A program made the translations under genes and the position numbers. Shown in pieces: positions 13,332 through 30,054 of a stretch of DNA of 64,000 bases (positions within the stretch are counted from its first letter, which is position 1; each line of letters opens with the position of its first letter). The stretch is from the NCBI RefSeq assembly GCF_009914755.1, contig NC_060930.1; one strand, written 5' to 3'. This stretch comes from the human T2T-CHM13v2.0 reference genome, Homo sapiens. The notes beneath the pieces were generated by a model that was not told the origin of the DNA, made no database searches, and saw only the letters and a program-made list of their open reading frames with translations.

Positions 13332-16300
13332 TTTTTTCCTATGAAACTTGAAAGAAGAATTCTCAGAAAGTTCTTTGTGATGTGTGCATTCAACTCACAG
13401 ACTTGAGCCTTCCTTTAGAGGGAGCAGTTTTGAAAATCTCTTTTTGTAGAATTTCCAAGTGGATATTTAGAGAGGTTCGAGGACTATGGTAGAAAAGGAA
13501 ATATCTTCATAGAAGAACTAGACAGAATCATTATCAAAAATTACTTTGTGATGTATGCATTCAACTCACAGAGTTTAACCTTTCTTTTGATAGTCAGTTT
13601 TGAAACACCCTTTTTGTAGAATCTGCACATGAATATTTGCACTTTTTTGAGGCCTTCTTTGGAAAACGGATTTCTTCATATAAAACTTGATAGAAGAATT
13701 TTCAGAAACTTCTTTGCGATATGTGCATTCAACTCACTGAGTTGAACCCTCCTTTCAATAGAGCAGTTATGAAATACTCTTTTTGTAGATTTTCCAAGTG
13801 GATGTTTAGAGCAGTTCGGGGCCTATGGTAGAAAAGGAAATATCTTATTAGAAAAGCTAGACAGAATCATTCTCAGAAACTATTTTGTGATGTGTGCATT
13901 CAGCTTCTGGAGTTTAACCTTTCTTTTGACAATGCACTTTTTAAACGCCCTTTTTGTGAAATTTGCAAGTGTATATTTAGATGGCTTTGGCGCCGACGGT
14001 AGAAACGGAAATATCTTCACAAAAGTCTTGACAGAAGCATTGTCACAAACTACTTTGCGATATTTGCATTCAACTCACAGAGTTGAACATTGCTCTTGAA
14101 AGAGCAGTTTTGATGAACTCTTTTTGTAGAATCTGCAAGTGGATATTTGGACCTCTTCGTGGCCTTCTTTGGAAAAGAGATTTCTTCATATAAAGCTAGG
14201 CAGAAGAATTCTCAGAAACTTCTTTGTGATGTGTGCTTTCAACTCACGGAGTTTAACGTTCCTTTCGGTAGAGCATCTTTGAAACTCTCTTTTTGTAGAA
14301 TTTCCAAGTGGACATGTTTCGCCTTTTGTGGCTTATGGTAGAAAAGGAAATATATTCAGAGAAAAACTAGACAGAGTGATTCTCTGAAACTATTTTGTGA
14401 TATGTGCGTTCAACTCACAGAGTTTAACCTTTCTTTTGATAGAGCAGTTTTGAAACAAATTTTTGTAATATCTGCAAGTAAATATTTGGACTTTTTTGAG
14501 GCCATCATTGGAAACGGGATTTCATCATATAAAATTTGACAGAAGAATTCTCAGAAACTTCTTTGTGATGTGTGCATTCAACTCACAGTGTTGGACCTTC
14601 CTTTTGATAGAGCATTTCTGACATTCTCTTTTTGTAGAATTTCCAAATGGATATTTAGAGCACTTAGAGGCCTATGGTAGAAAAGGAAATATCTTCATAA
14701 AATAACTAGACAGAATAATTCTCAGAAACTAGTTTGTGATGTGTGCATTCAGCTTACAGAGTTGAACCTTTCTTTTCATAGAGAAGTTTGGAAATCCCCT
14801 TTTTGTGGTATTTGCAAGTGTATATTTAGAGGGCTATGAGGCCTATGGTAGAAAAGGAAATATATTCACAAAAAAACTAGACAGAAGCATTTTCAGAAAC
14901 TACATTGTGATATTTGCTTTCCACTCATGGAATTGAACATTCTTCTTGATAGAGCAGTTTTGATACACTCTTTTCGTAGAATTTGTAAGTGAATATTTGA
15001 ACTTTTTTTGAGGGCTTCTTTGGAAACGGTATTTCTTCATATAAACCTTGACAGAAGAATTCTCGGAAACTTCTTTGTGATGTGTGCATTCAACTCACAG
15101 ATTTGAACCCTCCCTTCAACAGAGCAGTTTTGAAATACTCTTTTTGTAGAATTGTCAAGTGGATATTTAGTGCGATTTGAGGCCTATGGAAGAAATTTAA
15201 TTATCTTCATAGAAAAACTAGACAGAATGATTCCCAGAAACTACTTTCTGATGTGTGCTTTCAACTCACAGAGTTTAATCTTTCTTTTGATAGAGCAGTT
15301 TTGAAACACACTTTGTAGAATCTGCAAGTGAATATTTGGAATTTTTTGAGGCCTTCTTTGGAAACGGGATTTCTTCATATAAAACTTGACAGAATAATTC
15401 TCAGAAACTTCTTTGTAATATTTGCATTCAACTCACAGTGTTGAACATTCCTCTTGATAGAGCAGTTTTGAAACACTTTTTTTGTAGAATCTGCAAATGG
15501 ATATTTGGACCTTTTAGTGGTCTTCATTTGAACTGTGATTTCTTATTATAAAGATAGACAGAAGAATTCTCAGAAACTTCTTTGTGATGTGTGCTTTCAA
15601 GTCATAGAGTTAAACCTTCCTTTCGATACATAAGTTTTGAAACTCTCTTTTTGTAGAATTTTCAATTGGATATTTAGCGCCGTTTGAGGCCTATGGTAGA
15701 AATGGCAATATCTTCATAGAAAAACTAGACAGAATGATTTCCAGAAACCACTTTGTGATGTGTGCATTTAACCCAGAGAGTTTAATCTTTCTTTTGATAG
15801 AGCAGTTTTGAAATACTCTTTTTGTAGAATTTCCAAGTGGATATTTAGAGCGGTCCGAGGCCTATGGTAGAAAAGAAAATAACTTCATAGAAAAACTAGA
15901 CAGAATCATTCTCAGAAACTATGGTGTGATGTGTGAATTCAGCTTACAGAGTTTAACCTTTCTTTTGATAGAGCAGTTTAGAAACCCCCTATTTGTGGAA
16001 TTTGCAAGTGTATATTTAGAGCCCTTTGAGGTCTACGATAGAAAAGGAAATATCTTCATTAAAAAACTAGACAGAAGCATTGTCAGAAGCTACTTTGTGA
16101 TATTTGCATTCATCTCACAGAGTAGAACATTCCTCTTGATAGAGCAGTTTTGAAACACGCTTTTTGTAGAATCTGCAAGTGTATATTTGGATCCTCTTTG
16201 TGACATTCGTTTGAAACGTGATTTCTCCATATAAAACTAGACAGAAGAATTCTCAGAAACTACTTTGTAATGTTTGCTTTAACTCAAAGTGTTGAACCTT

Positions 16301-19300
16301 CCTTTCGATAGAGCAGTTTTGATACTCTCTTTTTGAAGAATTTCCAAGCGGATATTTAGCGCCGTTTGAGGCCTATGGTAGAAAAGGCAATATCTTCATA
16401 GAAAAACTAGACAGAATCATTCTCAGTAACTACTTTGTGATGTGTGTGATCAACTCACAGAGTATAAACTTTCTTTGGATAGAGCAGTTTTTAAACATTC
16501 TTTTTGTAGTGTCTGTAAGTGAATATTTGGACTTTTTGGAGACCTTCTTTCGATACGGGACTTCATCATATAAAACTTGATAGAAGAATTCTCAGAAACT
16601 TTTTTGTGATGTGTGCATTCAACTCACAGAGTTGAACCTCCCTTTTGATAGAGGAGTTTTGAAATACTCTTTTTGTAGAGTTTTCAAGTGGATATACTGA
16701 TCCGTTCGAGTCCTATGGTATAAAAGGAAATGTCTTCATAGAAAAACTAGACAGAAGCATTCTCAGAAACTACTTTTTGATGTGTGCATTCAGCTTAGAA
16801 AGTTTAACTTTTCTTTTGATAGAGCAGTTTTGAAACCATCTTTTTGTGGAATTTGCAAGTGTATATTTAGTGCGCTTTGATGCCTATGGTAGAAAATGAA
16901 ATATCTTCACGAAAAAACTAGACAGAATCATTGTCAGAAACTACTTTGTGATATTTGCATTCAACACACAGAGTTGAACATTCCTCTTGATAGAGGAGTT
17001 TTTAAACACTCTTTTTGTAGAATCTGCAATTGGATATTTGGACCTCTTTGTGGCTTTCATTTGAACCATGATTTCTTCATATAAAGATAGAAGAATTCTC
17101 AGAAACTTCTTTGTGATGTGTGCTTTCAGGTCATAGAGTTGAACCTTCCTGTCGATACATCAGTTTTGAAACTCTCTTTTTGTAGAATTTTCAAGTGGAT
17201 ATTTAGCGCCATTTGAGGCCTATGGTAGAAATGGCAATATCTTCATAGAAAAACTAGACAGAATGATTTTCAGAAACCACTTTGTGATGTGTGTGTTCAA
17301 CCCAGAGAATGTAATCTTTCTTTTGATAGAGCGGTTTTGAAACACTCTTTTTGTAGAATCTGCAAGTGAATATTTGGACTTTGTTGAGGCCTTCGTTGGA
17401 AAAGGGATTTCTTCATATAAAACTTGACAGAAGAATTCTCAGAAACTTCTTTGTGATGTGTGCATTCAACTCACAGAGTTGAACCTTCCTTTTGATAGAG
17501 CAGTTTTGAAATACTCTTTTTGTAGAATTTCCAAGTGGATATTTAGAGTGGTTTGAGGCCTATGGAAGAAAAGGCAATATCTTAATAGAAAAACTAGACA
17601 GAATCATTCTCAGAAACTACTTTGTGATGTATGCATTCAACTCACAGAGTTTAACCTTTCTTTTGATAGGGCAGTTTTGAAACACTCTTTTTGTGGAATC
17701 TGCAAGTAGATATTTGGACCTCCTTGTGGCCTTCGTTTGAAACTTTATTTCTTCCTATACCACAAGACAGAAAAATTCTCAGAAACTTCTGTGTGATGTT
17801 TGCTTTCAACTCACAGAGTTGAACCTTCCTTTCAATAGAGCAGTTGTGAAACTCCCTTTCAGTAGAATTTCGAAGTGGATATTTAGCGCCGTCTGAGGCC
17901 TGTAGTAGAAAAGGCAATGTCTTCCTAGAAAAAGTAGACAGAATGATTCTCAGGAACTACTTTGTGATGTGTGCATTCAACACATAGAGTTGATCCTTGT
18001 TTCGATAGAGCAGTTTTGAAGCACTCTTTTTGTGGAATTCGCAAGTGTATACTTAGAGCGCTTTGAGGCCTACAGTAGAAAAGCTAATATTTTGAAACAA
18101 AAACTAGACAGAAGCATTGTCAGAAACTACTGTGTTATATTTGCCTTCAAATCACAGTGTTGAATATTCCTCTTGATAGCCAGGTTAGAAAAAATCTTTT
18201 TGTAGAATCTGCAAGTGGATATTTAGAGCCGTTTGAGGCCTGTGGTAGAAAAGGCAATGTCTTCCTAGAAAAAGTAGACAGAATGATTCTCAGGAACTAC
18301 TTTGTGATGTGTGCATTCAACTCACAGAGCTTAACCTTTCTTTTGTTAGAGCAGATTTGAAACACTCATTTTGTATAATCTACAAGTGAATATTTGGTCT
18401 TTTTTGAGGCCTTTGTTGGAAACGGGACTTCTTCATATAAAACTTGACAGAAGAATTCTCAGAAAGTTCTTTGTGATGTGTGCCTTCAACTAACAGCTTT
18501 GAAACTTCGTTTCGACCGAGTTGTTTTCAAATACTCTTTTTGTAGGATTTCCAAGTGAATATTTAGCGGTGTTATAGGCCTATGTTAGAAAAGGCAATAT
18601 CTTCATAGAAAAACTAGACAGAATCATTATCAGAAACTACTTTGTGATGTGTGCATTCAGCTTACAGTGTTGAACTTTTCTTTTGATAGATCAGATTTGA
18701 AACACTCTTTTTGTGGAATTTGCAAGTGTATATATAGAGAGCTTTGAGGCCCACGGTAGAAAAGAAAGTATGTTCACTTGAAAACTACACAGAAGCATTG
18801 TCAGAAACTACTTTGTGATATTTGCATTCAACTCACAGAGTTGAACATTCCTCTTGGTAGAGCAGATTGGAAACACCCTTTTTGTAGAATCTGCAAATGG
18901 ATATTTGGACCTCTTTGTGGCCTTCGTTTGAATCGTGATTTCCTCATATAAAACTAGAAAGAAGAATTCTGAGAAACTTCTTTGTGATGTGTGCTTTCAA
19001 CTCACAGAGTTGAACCTTCCTTTCGATGCAGCAGTTTGGATACTCTTTTTTTGTAATATTTCCAAGTGGATAATTAGCACGGTTTGAGTCCTTTGGTAGA
19101 AAAGCCAATATCTTCATAGAAAAACTAGACAGAATTATTCTCAGAAAATATTTTGTGATGTGTGCATTCAACTCAAGAGTTTAACCTTTCTTTTGATAGA
19201 GCAGTTTTGAAACACTCTTTTTGTAGAATCTGCAGCTGAATATTTGGATTTTTTGAGGCCTTCATTGGAAACGGGATTTTTTCATATGAAACTTGACAGA

Positions 19301-22300
19301 AGAATTCTAAGAAACTTCTCTGTGATGTGTGCTTTCAACTCAATAGAGCAGTTTTGAAAATGTCTTTTTGTAGAATTTCCAAGTGGATATTTAGCGTCGT
19401 TTGTGGCCTGCGGTAGAAAAGGCAATATCTTCCTAGAAAAACTAGACAGAATCATTCTCAGAAACTGCTTTGTGATGTGTGCATTCAGCTTACAGAGTTT
19501 AACTTTTTTTTGTTAGAGCAGCTTTGAAACACTCTTTTTGTGGAATTTGCAAGTGTAATTTTAGAGCTCTTTGAGGTCTATGGTAGAAAAGGAAATATCT
19601 TCACATTAAAACTACATAGAATCATTGTCAGAAACTGCTTTGTGATATTTGCATTCAACTGACAGACTTGAATATTCTTCTTGATAAAGCAGTTTGGAAA
19701 CACTCTTTTTGTAAAATCCGCAAGTGGATATTTGGACCTCCTTGTGGCCTTCGTTTGAATCGTGATTTCTTCATATAAAACTACACAGAAGATTTCTCAG
19801 AAACTTCGTTGTGATGTGTGCTTTCAACTCACAGAGTTGAACCTTCCTTTCGATAGAGCAGTTCTGAAACTCTCTTTTTGTAGAATTTCCAAGCGGATAT
19901 TTAGCTCCGTTTGAGGCCTATGGTAGAAAAGTCAATATCTTCATAGAAAAACTAGGCAGAATCATTCTCAGAAGCTACTTTGTGTTGTGTGCATTCAACT
20001 CACAGAGTTGAACCTTCCTTTCATTAGAGCAGTTTTGAAATACTTTTTTGGAGAATTTCCAAGTGGATATTTTGAGCAGTTCAAGATCTATGGTAGAAAA
20101 GGAAATATCTTCATAGATAAACTAGACAGAATGATTCTCTGAATCTACTTTGTGATATGTGCGTTCAACCCACCGACTTTAAACTTTCTTTAGATAGAGC
20201 AGTTTTGTAACACACTTTTTGTAGAATCTGCAAGTGAATATTTGGACTTTTTTTAGGCCTTCATTGGAAACAGGATTTCTTCATATAAAACTTGACAGAA
20301 GCATCCTCAGAAACTTCTTTGTGATGTGTGCATTGAACTCACTGAGTTGAATCTCACTTTCAATAGAGCAGTTTTGAGATACTCTTTTTGTAGGATTTCC
20401 AAGTGGATATTTAGATCGTTTCGAGGCCAATGGTAGAAAAGGAAATATTTTCATAGAAAAACTAGAGAGAATCATTCTCAGAATAGACTTTGTGATGTGT
20501 GCATTCAGCCTACAAAGTTTAACATTTCTTTTGATGGAGCAGTTTCGAAACGTTCTTTTTGTGGAATTTGAAAGTGTATATTTAGGGCGCTTTGAGGTCT
20601 ATGGCAGAAAAGGAATTATCTTCACAAAAAAACTAGAGAGAAGCATTGTCAGAAACTACTTTGTGATTTTTGCATTCAAATCACAGAGTTGAACATTCCT
20701 CTTGATAGAGCAGTTTTGAAAAACTCTTTTTGTAGAATCTGCCAGTGGATATTTTGACCTATTTGTGGCCTTCGTTTTATACGTGGTTTCTTCATATAAA
20801 ACTAGACGGAAGAATTCTCAGAAACTTCTTTGTGATGTGTGATTTCAACTGACATAGTTGAGCCTTCTTTTCGACAGAGCTGTTTTCAAACTCTCTTTTT
20901 GTAGTACTTACAAATTGATATTTAGCGCCATTTAAGGCCTATGGTAGAAAATTCAATATCTTCATAGAAAATCTAGACAGAATGATTCTCAGAAACTAAT
21001 TTGTGTTCTGTGTGTTCAACTCACAGAGTGTTACCTTTCTTTTGATAAAGCAGTTTTGGAACACTCTTTTTGTAAAATCGGCACGTTAATATTTGGGCTT
21101 GTTTGAGGCCTTCGTTGGAAACGGCTTTTCTTCTTATAAAATTTGACCGAAGAATTCTCAGAAATTTCTTTGTGATGTGTCCATTCAACTCACAGAATTG
21201 AAACTTCCTTTCAGTAGAGCAGTTTTGAAATACTTTTTTGTCGAATTTTCAAGCAGATATTTTGTGCGTTTCGAGGCCAATGTTGGAACAGGAAATATTT
21301 TCATAGAAAAACTAGACAGAATCATTCTCAGAAACTACTTTGTGATGTGTGCATTCAACTTTCAGAGTTTCACCTTTTCTTTGATAGAGCAGTTTTGAAA
21401 CACTCTTTTTGTGGAGTTTGAAAGTGTATATTTAGAGCGCTTTGAGGCGTACGGTACAAAAGGAAATACCTGCATAAAAACTAGACGGAAGCGTTGTCAG
21501 AAAGTGCTTTGTGATATTTGCATTCAACTCACAGAGTTGAGCATTCCTCTTGATAGAGCAGTTTTAAACACTCGTTTTGTAGAATCTACAAGTGGATATT
21601 TGGACCTTTTTGTGACCTTCGTTTGAAACATGATTTCTTCATATAAAACTAAACAGAAGAATTCTCAGAAATTTCTTTGTGATGTGTGCTTTCAACTCAC
21701 AGAGATGAATCTTCCTTTTGATAGAGCAGTTTCGGAGCTCTCTTTTCGTAGAATTTCCAAATGGATATTTAGCTCCATTTGAGGCCTACGGTAGAAAAGG
21801 CAATATATTAATAGAAAAACTAGACAGAATCATTCTCAGAAACTACTTTGTGATGTGTGCGTTCAACTCACAGAGTTTAACCTTTCTTTTGATAGAGCAG
21901 TTTTGAAACACTCTTTTTGTAGAATCTGCAAATGGATATTTGGAACTATTTGTGGCCATCGTTTGAAACGTGATATCTTCATAAAAAAATAAACGTAAGA
22001 ATTCTCAGAAACTTCTTTGTGATGTGTGCTTTCAAATCACAGGGTTGAATCTTCCTTTCGATAGAGCAGTTTTGAAACTGTCATTTTGTAGAATTTCCAA
22101 GTGGGTGTTTAGCACCGTTTGAGGCCTATGGTAGAAAAGGCAATATCTTCATAGAAAAACTAGACAGAATGATTCTCAAAAACTGCTTTCTGATGTGTGC
22201 GTTCAACTCACCGACTTTAACCATTCTTTTGATAGAACAGTTTTGAAACACTCCTTTGTAGAATCTGCAAGTGAATATTTGGAATTTTTTGAGGCCTTCT

Positions 22301-22725
22301 TTGGAAACGGGATTGCTTCATATAAAACTTGTCAGAAAAATTCTCAGAAACTTGTTTATTGTGTGTGCATTCAACTCACTGAGTTGAACCTTCCTTGTGA
22401 TAGAGCAGTTTTGAAATTCTCTTTTTGTAGAATTTCCAATTGGATATTTAGAGCAGTTCGAGGCCTATGGTAGAAAAGCTAATATATTCATAGAAAAATT
22501 AGATAGAATCATTCTCAGAAACTAGTTTGTGGTGTGTGCATTCAACTTACAGAGTTTAACTTTTTTTTTGGTAGATCATTTTACAAGCACCTTTTTGTGG
22601 AATTTGAATGTGTATGTTTAGAGCACTTTGAGCCCTACGGTACAAAAGGAATTATCTTCACATAAAAACTAGCAGAAGCATTGTCAGAAACTACATTGTG
22701 ATCTTTGCATTCAACTCACAGAGTT

Positions 22726-22738
22726 GAACCTTACTCTT
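22726..22738 (+). repeat. L1 target-site duplication, left copy
   Basis: GAACCTTACTCTT before the poly(T); right copy GAACCTTATGCTT at 28772-28784 (11/13 match). Joining the flanks restores one monomer (GAGTTGAAC...CTT/GATAGAGCAG); the inferred nick TCTT/GA resembles the L1 EN consensus TTTT/AA. Confidence 0.85.
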
Positions 22739-22762
22739 TTTTTTTTCCTTTTTTTTTTAATT
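22739..22762 (-). terminator. L1 poly(A) tail with ATTAAA-type signal
   Basis: Minus strand reads ...TATAATT-A10-GG-A8; no 3' transduced sequence. Confidence 0.85.
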
Positions 22763-22891
22763 ATATTTTAAGTTTTAGGGTACATGTGCACATTGTGCAG
22801 GTTAGTTACATATGTATACATGTGCCATGCCGGTGTGCTGCACCCACCAACTCGTCATCTAGCATTAGGTATATCTCCCAATGCTATCCAG

Positions 22892-22921
22892 CCCCCCTGA
22901 CCCCACCCCACCACAGTCCCC
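22892..22921 (-). other. L1 3'UTR G-rich tract (potential G-quadruplex)
   Basis: Minus strand GGGGACTGTGGTGGGGTGGGGTCAGGGGGG, four runs of >=4 G. Confidence 0.7.
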
Positions 22922-22964
22922 AGAGTGTGATATTCCCCTTCCTGTGTCCATGTGATCTCATTGT

Positions 22965-26819
<3,855 letters not shown>

Positions 26820-26855
26820 TTACTTGATGCAGTTTCTTCCTAGTCTCGATGGTCT

Positions 26856-27867
26856 TTACATTTTGGCATGATTTTGCAGCGGCTGGTACCGGTTGTTCCT
26901 TTCCATGTTTAGCGCTTCCTTCAGGAGCTCTTTTAGGGCAGGCCTGGTGGTGACAAAATCTCTCAGCATTTGCTTGTCTGTAAAGTATTTTATTTCTCCT
27001 TCACTTATGAAGCTTATTTTGGCTGGATATGAAATTCTGGGTTGAAAATTCTTTTCTTTAAGAATGTTGAATATTGGCCCCCACTCTCTTCTGACTTGTA
27101 GGGTTTCTGCCGAGAGATCCGCTGTTAGTCTGATGGGCTTCCCTTTGAGGGTAACCCGAGCTTTCTCTCTGGCTGCCCTTAACATTTTTTCCTTCATTTC
27201 AAGTTTGGTGAATCTGACAATTATGTGTCTTGGACTTGCTCTTCTGGAGGAGTATCTTTGTGGCGTTCTCTGTATTTCCTGAATCTGAATGTTGGCCTGC
27301 CTTGCCAGATTGGGGAAGTTGTCCTCGATAATCTCCTGCAGAGTGTTTTCCAACTTGGTTCCATTCTCCCCATCACTTTCAGGTACACCAATCAGACGTA
27401 GATTTGGTCTTTTCACATAGTCCCATATTTCTTGGAGGCTTTGCTCATTTCTTTTTATTCTTTTTTCTCTAAACTTCCCTTCTTGCTTCATTTCATTCAT
27501 TTCATCTTCCATTGCTGATACCTTTTCTTCCAGTTGATCGCATCAGCTCCTGAGACTTCTGCATTCTTCACGTAGTTCTCGAGCCTTGGTTTTCAGCTCC
27601 ATCAGCTCCTTTAAGCACTTCTCTGTATTGGTTATTCTAGTTATACATTCTTCTAAATTTTTTTCAATCAACTTCTTTGCCTTTGGTTTGAATGTCCTCC
27701 CGTAGCTCAGAGTAATTTGATCATCTGAAGCCTTCTTCTCTCAGCTCGTCAAAGTCGTTCTCCATCCAGCTTTGTTCTGTTGCTGGTGAGGAACTGCGTT
27801 CCTTTGGAGGAGGAGAGGCACTCTGTGTTTTAGAGTTTCCAGTTTTTCTGTTCTGTTTTTTCCCCAT
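26856..27867 (-). pseudogene. ORF1: L1 ORF1p (RNA-binding chaperone), frameshifted
   Basis: ATG at 27867 (MGKKQNRKTGN...), ends ...QNHAKM*. Length is 1012 bp vs 1017 expected, explained by a 5-bp deletion (AGTTT on +) between 27667 and 27668; the listed 218-aa ORF is the C-terminal part. Confidence 0.95.
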
Positions 27868-28770
27868 ATTTGTGGTTTTATGTACTTTTGGTCTCTGATG
27901 ATGGTGATGTACAGATGGGTTTTTGGTGTGGATGTCCTTTCTGTTTGTTAGTTTTCCTTCTAACAGACAGGACCCTCAGCTGCAGGTCTGTTGGAAAACA
28001 CTGCCGTATGAGGTGTCAGTGTGCCCCTACTGGGGGGTGCATCCCAGTTAGGCTGCTTGGGGGTCAGGTGTCAGGGACCCATTTGAGGAGTCAGTCTGCT
28101 GGTTCTTAGATCTCCAGCTGCGTGCTGGGAGAACTACTGCTCTCTTCAAAGCTGTCAGACAGGGACATTTAAGTCTGCAGAGGTTACTGCTGTCTTTTTG
28201 TTTGTCTGTGCCCTGCCCCCAGAGGTGGAGCCTACAGAGGCAGGCAGGCCTCCTTGAGCTGTGGTGGGCTCCACCCAGTTCGAGCTTCCTGGCTGCTTTG
28301 TTTACCTAAGCAAGCCTGGGCAATGGTGGGCACCCCTCCGCCAGCCTCGCGGCCGCCTTGCAGTTTGATCTCAAATTGCTGTGCTAGCAATCAGTGAGAC
28401 TCCATGGGCGTAGGACCCTCCAAGCCACATGTGGGATATAGTCTCGTGGTGCGCCATTTTTTAAGCCGGTCTGAAAAGCACAATATTCGGGTGGGAGTGA
28501 CCCGATTTTCCAGGTGCGTCCTCACCCCTTTCTTTGACTCGGAAAGGGAACTCCCTGACCCCTTGCGGTTCCCAGGTAAGGGAATGCCTCGCCCTGCTTC
28601 AGCTCACGCACGGTGCACGCACCCACTGGCCTGTGCCCACTGTCTGGCACTCCCAAGTGAGATGAACCTGGTACCTCAGATGGAAATGCAGAAATCACCT
28701 GTCTTCTGCGTCGCTCAGGCTAGGAGCTGTAGACCGGAGCTGTTCCTATTCAGCCATCTTGGCTCCTCCC
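27868..28770 (-). promoter_or_regulatory. L1 5'UTR with internal sense promoter and antisense promoter
   Basis: Recognisable GC-rich L1PA 5'UTR with many CpG>TpG/CpA changes; YY1 site CCAAGATGGCTG at 28751-28762. Confidence 0.9.
28323..28537 (+). pseudogene. ORF0: L1 antisense ORF0, disrupted
   Basis: ATG at 28323 (GCAATGG) reads MVGTPPPASRPPCSLISNCCASNQ then TGA at 28395-28397 (CGA>TGA). The remainder matches ORF0 (GVGPS.P.VGYSLVVR.FLSRSEK.NIRVGVTRFSRCV), with a 1-bp deletion near 28521. Confidence 0.85.
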
Positions 28771-28771
28771 A

Positions 28772-28784
28772 GAACCTTATGCTT
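28772..28784 (+). repeat. L1 target-site duplication, right copy
   Basis: GAACCTTATGCTT, following the L1 5' end and one extra A at 28771. Confidence 0.85.
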
Positions 28785-30037
28785 GATAGAGCAGTTTTGA
28801 AACACTCTCTTTGTAGAATCTGTAAGTGGATACTTGGATAACTCTGTGGTCTTCGTTTGAAACGTGATTTCTTCATTTAAAACCAGATAGAAGAATTCTC
28901 AAAAACTTCTTTGTGATGTGTGATTTCATCTCACAGATTTGAACCTTCCTTTCAATCGAGCAGTTTTGAAAGTCCCTTTTTGTAGAATTTCCAAGTGGAT
29001 ATTTAGCACCGTTTGAGGCCTATGGTAGAAAAGGAAATATCTTCATAGAAAAACTAGACAGTATGATTCTCAGAAATTGCGTTCTGTTGTGTGTGTTCAA
29101 CTCACAGATTTTAAACTTTCTTTTGATCGAGTAGTTTTGAAACACTCTTTTTGTACTATCTGCAAGTGAATATTTGGACTTTTTGGAGGCCTTCATTGGA
29201 AACGGGATTTCTTTATAAAAAACTTGAGAGAAGAATTCTCAGAAAATTCTTTGTGGTCTGTGCATTCAACTCACAGAGTTGTACCTTCCTTTCGATAGAC
29301 CAGTTTTAAAATACTCTATTTGTAGAATTTCCAAATGGATATTTAGAGTGGTTTGAGGCCTCTGGTAGAAAAGAAAATATCTTCATAGAAAAACTAGACA
29401 TAATCATTTTCAGAATCTACTTTGTGATGTGTGAATTCAGCTTATAGAGTTTAACCTTTCTTTTGAAAGAGCAGTTTTGAAAACCTTTCAGTGGAATTTG
29501 CAAGTGTATATTTAGAGCGCTTTGAGGCCTACGGAAGAAAAGGAAATATCTTCACATAAAAACTAGACAGAAGCTTTGGGAGAAACTACTTTGGGATATT
29601 TGCATTCATCTCACAGATTTGAACATTCCTCTTGATGTAGCAACATTGAAACACCCTTTTTGTGGAATCTGCAAGTGGATATCTGGACCTCTTTTGGCAT
29701 TCGATTGAAACATGTTTTCTTCATATAAAAAAAGACAGAAGAATTCTCAGAAAAATCTTTGTGATGTGTGCATTCAACTCACAGAGTTGAAGCTTTCTTT
29801 TGATAGAGCAGTTTTGAAAGTCTCTTTTTGTAAAATTTCAAGTGGATATTTACCGCAGTTTGAGGCCTATATTAGAAAAGGCAATATCTTCATAGAACAA
29901 CTACACAGAATGATACCCAGAAACTACTTTTTGATGTGTGTGTTTAAGTCACAGAGTTTAACCTTTATTTTGATAGAGCAGTTTTGAAACAATCTTTTTG
30001 TAGAATCTTCAAGTGAATATTTGGACTTTTTTGAGGC

Positions 30038-30054
30038 CTTCGTTGGAAACGGGA
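30038..30054 (+). promoter_or_regulatory. Canonical CENP-B box
   Basis: CTTCGTTGGAAACGGGA exact. Confidence 0.95.

Larger units (their letters stand above)
1..22738 (+). repeat. Alpha satellite (ALR/Alpha) tandem array, divergent HOR-like, segment 1
   Basis: Continuous ~171-bp monomers with the alphoid core (CATTCTCAGAAACTACTTTGTGATGTGTGCATTCAACTCACAGAGTTGAAC...GATAGAGCAGTTTTGAAACACTCTTTTTGTAGAAT). A-type (CTATGGTAGAAAAGGAA) and B-type (CTTCGTTGGAAACGGGA-like) boxes are interspersed. Confidence 0.99.

Noticed and set aside
1-22738. Regular conserved blocks separated by variable stretches, superficially CRISPR-like
   Set aside because: The whole 171-bp unit is repeated; there are no unique spacers or cas genes, and the DNA is primate satellite.
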